Virus record (IMG/VR): IMGVR_UViG_3300005264_000010
Coordinates: 1 to 64,000 of that record
Length of the DNA stretch: 64,000 nucleotides
Reading direction: 5' to 3' (one strand)
Source: a virus
The notes beneath the pieces are model-generated. The model was not told where the DNA came from and ran no database searches. It worked only from the letters and a program-made list of their open reading frames with translations. A program made the position numbers and the translations under genes. Of this stretch, positions 63,077 to 64,000 are shown piece after piece. Numbering within the stretch: position 1 is the first letter of the stretch; each line of letters starts with the position of its first letter.

Positions 63077-63670
63077 ATGGCAGTAATTAGTGTAGCACAA
63101 TATAATAATATTCATGTAGAAACAATTGGAGATCCAGATCCAATTACACTTGGATATACAATAAATGATTCAGTAGTTGGAAGTAATATAGTTGAGAATG
63201 AATATGAAATAACTCCTATAGTGGGAAATAATGATTTTGGTGCACTAACTTTTAGTAGTGCATACTATAAAGAATTATTCTATCTATATTTAGAAGTTGA
63301 TGGAGTAGATAAAGATCCAGCTCTTCAGGGTAGAAAAGCAATTAAGTTATCAATTCTATCTACCGATACAGTAAATGAAAAAGCAGTAAAACTAAATGAA
63401 TTGATTAATATGAGATTTAATAAATATTTTTCTTCAACAATTAGTGGGAATATTGTTACTATTAAATGTAATGAAAGAGGACCTGCTGAAGCTATTAAAG
63501 ATGGAAGTGGAACTACTTATAATTTTACTACATTAGCAAGACCTGCTTTAAAAAGAGTGAGTGGATATATATACGTAAAAAGAGACTCTGGTGAGACAAT
63601 TATTAGGGATAAGAAATATGTTTCTGTGATTGCTAACTTAGAAGATAATGCAATGTTGATGGGCTACTAG
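63077..63670 (+). CDS. Late (probable virion) protein
   Basis: Behind tandem TATAAATA at 63032; followed by hairpin AAAAATGTCTTACTTA...TAAGTAAGACATTTTT. Confidence 0.6.
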   Translation: MAVISVAQYNNIHVETIGDPDPITLGYTINDSVVGSNIVENEYEITPIVGNNDFGALTFSSAYYKELFYLYLEVDGVDKDPALQGRKAIKLSILSTDTVNEKAVKLNELINMRFNKYFSSTISGNIVTIKCNERGPAEAIKDGSGTTYNFTTLARPALKRVSGYIYVKRDSGETIIRDKKYVSVIANLEDNAMLMGY

Positions 63671-64000
63671 AAATATTAAATCAAAAATGTCTTACTTAAA
63701 TTCTCAAATAAGTAAGACATTTTTAATATTACTAATAATTAGCTAATAGTAACAAAAATCCTATTACTGGTGGAACTACATAAAATACCCACCATCTATA
63801 CCAAATTAGCTTTCCATATATATTGAATGTTACATCATCAGTTTTAATATTCCATGTACCTTTATTCATCATTTCAAATAATACATTAGCTATTGCTGAG
63901 TGAGATAATACATCTATTAAACTTAATTCAGTAGTTAAATCCGACCTTCCTATCATATAAGATAAAAACATTAAACTCATTAAACCATGATAATCTAAAA

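Noticed and set aside
1-64000. CRISPR or other tandem guide arrays; stop-codon reassignment
   Set aside because: No regularly spaced direct repeats were seen. Long conserved genes are intact in the standard code and end at TAA, TAG and TGA.

Overview
A very AT-rich 64-kb segment of a large T4-like (myovirus) phage genome. T4-type structural genes (tail tube gp19, prohead protease gp21, scaffold gp22, major capsid gp23, neck gp13, gp15, baseplate gp25/gp54/gp26-like) sit behind TATAAATA late promoters. They are scattered among early blocks driven by near-identical TTGACA-N17-TATATT promoters. Replication and repair genes include primase, gp41 and Dda-like helicases, RNase H, NAD-dependent ligase, Rnl1, Rnl2 and an HD-kinase. 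There is an NAD-centred set: a 1231-aa PARP-type ADP-ribosyltransferase, a PRS-like plus NAMPT-like pair (NARP1-like) and a PnuC-like protein. The best candidate for an undescribed system is a compact structured RNA directly upstream of each of three free-standing homing-endonuclease-like genes. It is a three-way junction whose 7-nt P3 loop is exactly complementary to that gene's own Shine-Dalgarno region, with the pairing covarying across all three copies. One of these RNA+nuclease cassettes sits inside the 5' end of the RNA ligase 1 gene, whose N-terminus is duplicated on either side. Other notable items are a family of proteins with T4 internal-protein-like capsid-targeting leaders (MKTIREF..I-x-E), a probable -1 frameshift at the end of the gp26-like gene, a three-copy dispersed non-coding element, and apparent deletions in the capsid and primase genes that may be assembly errors. 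All calls were made by eye from motifs; no searches or folding programs were run.
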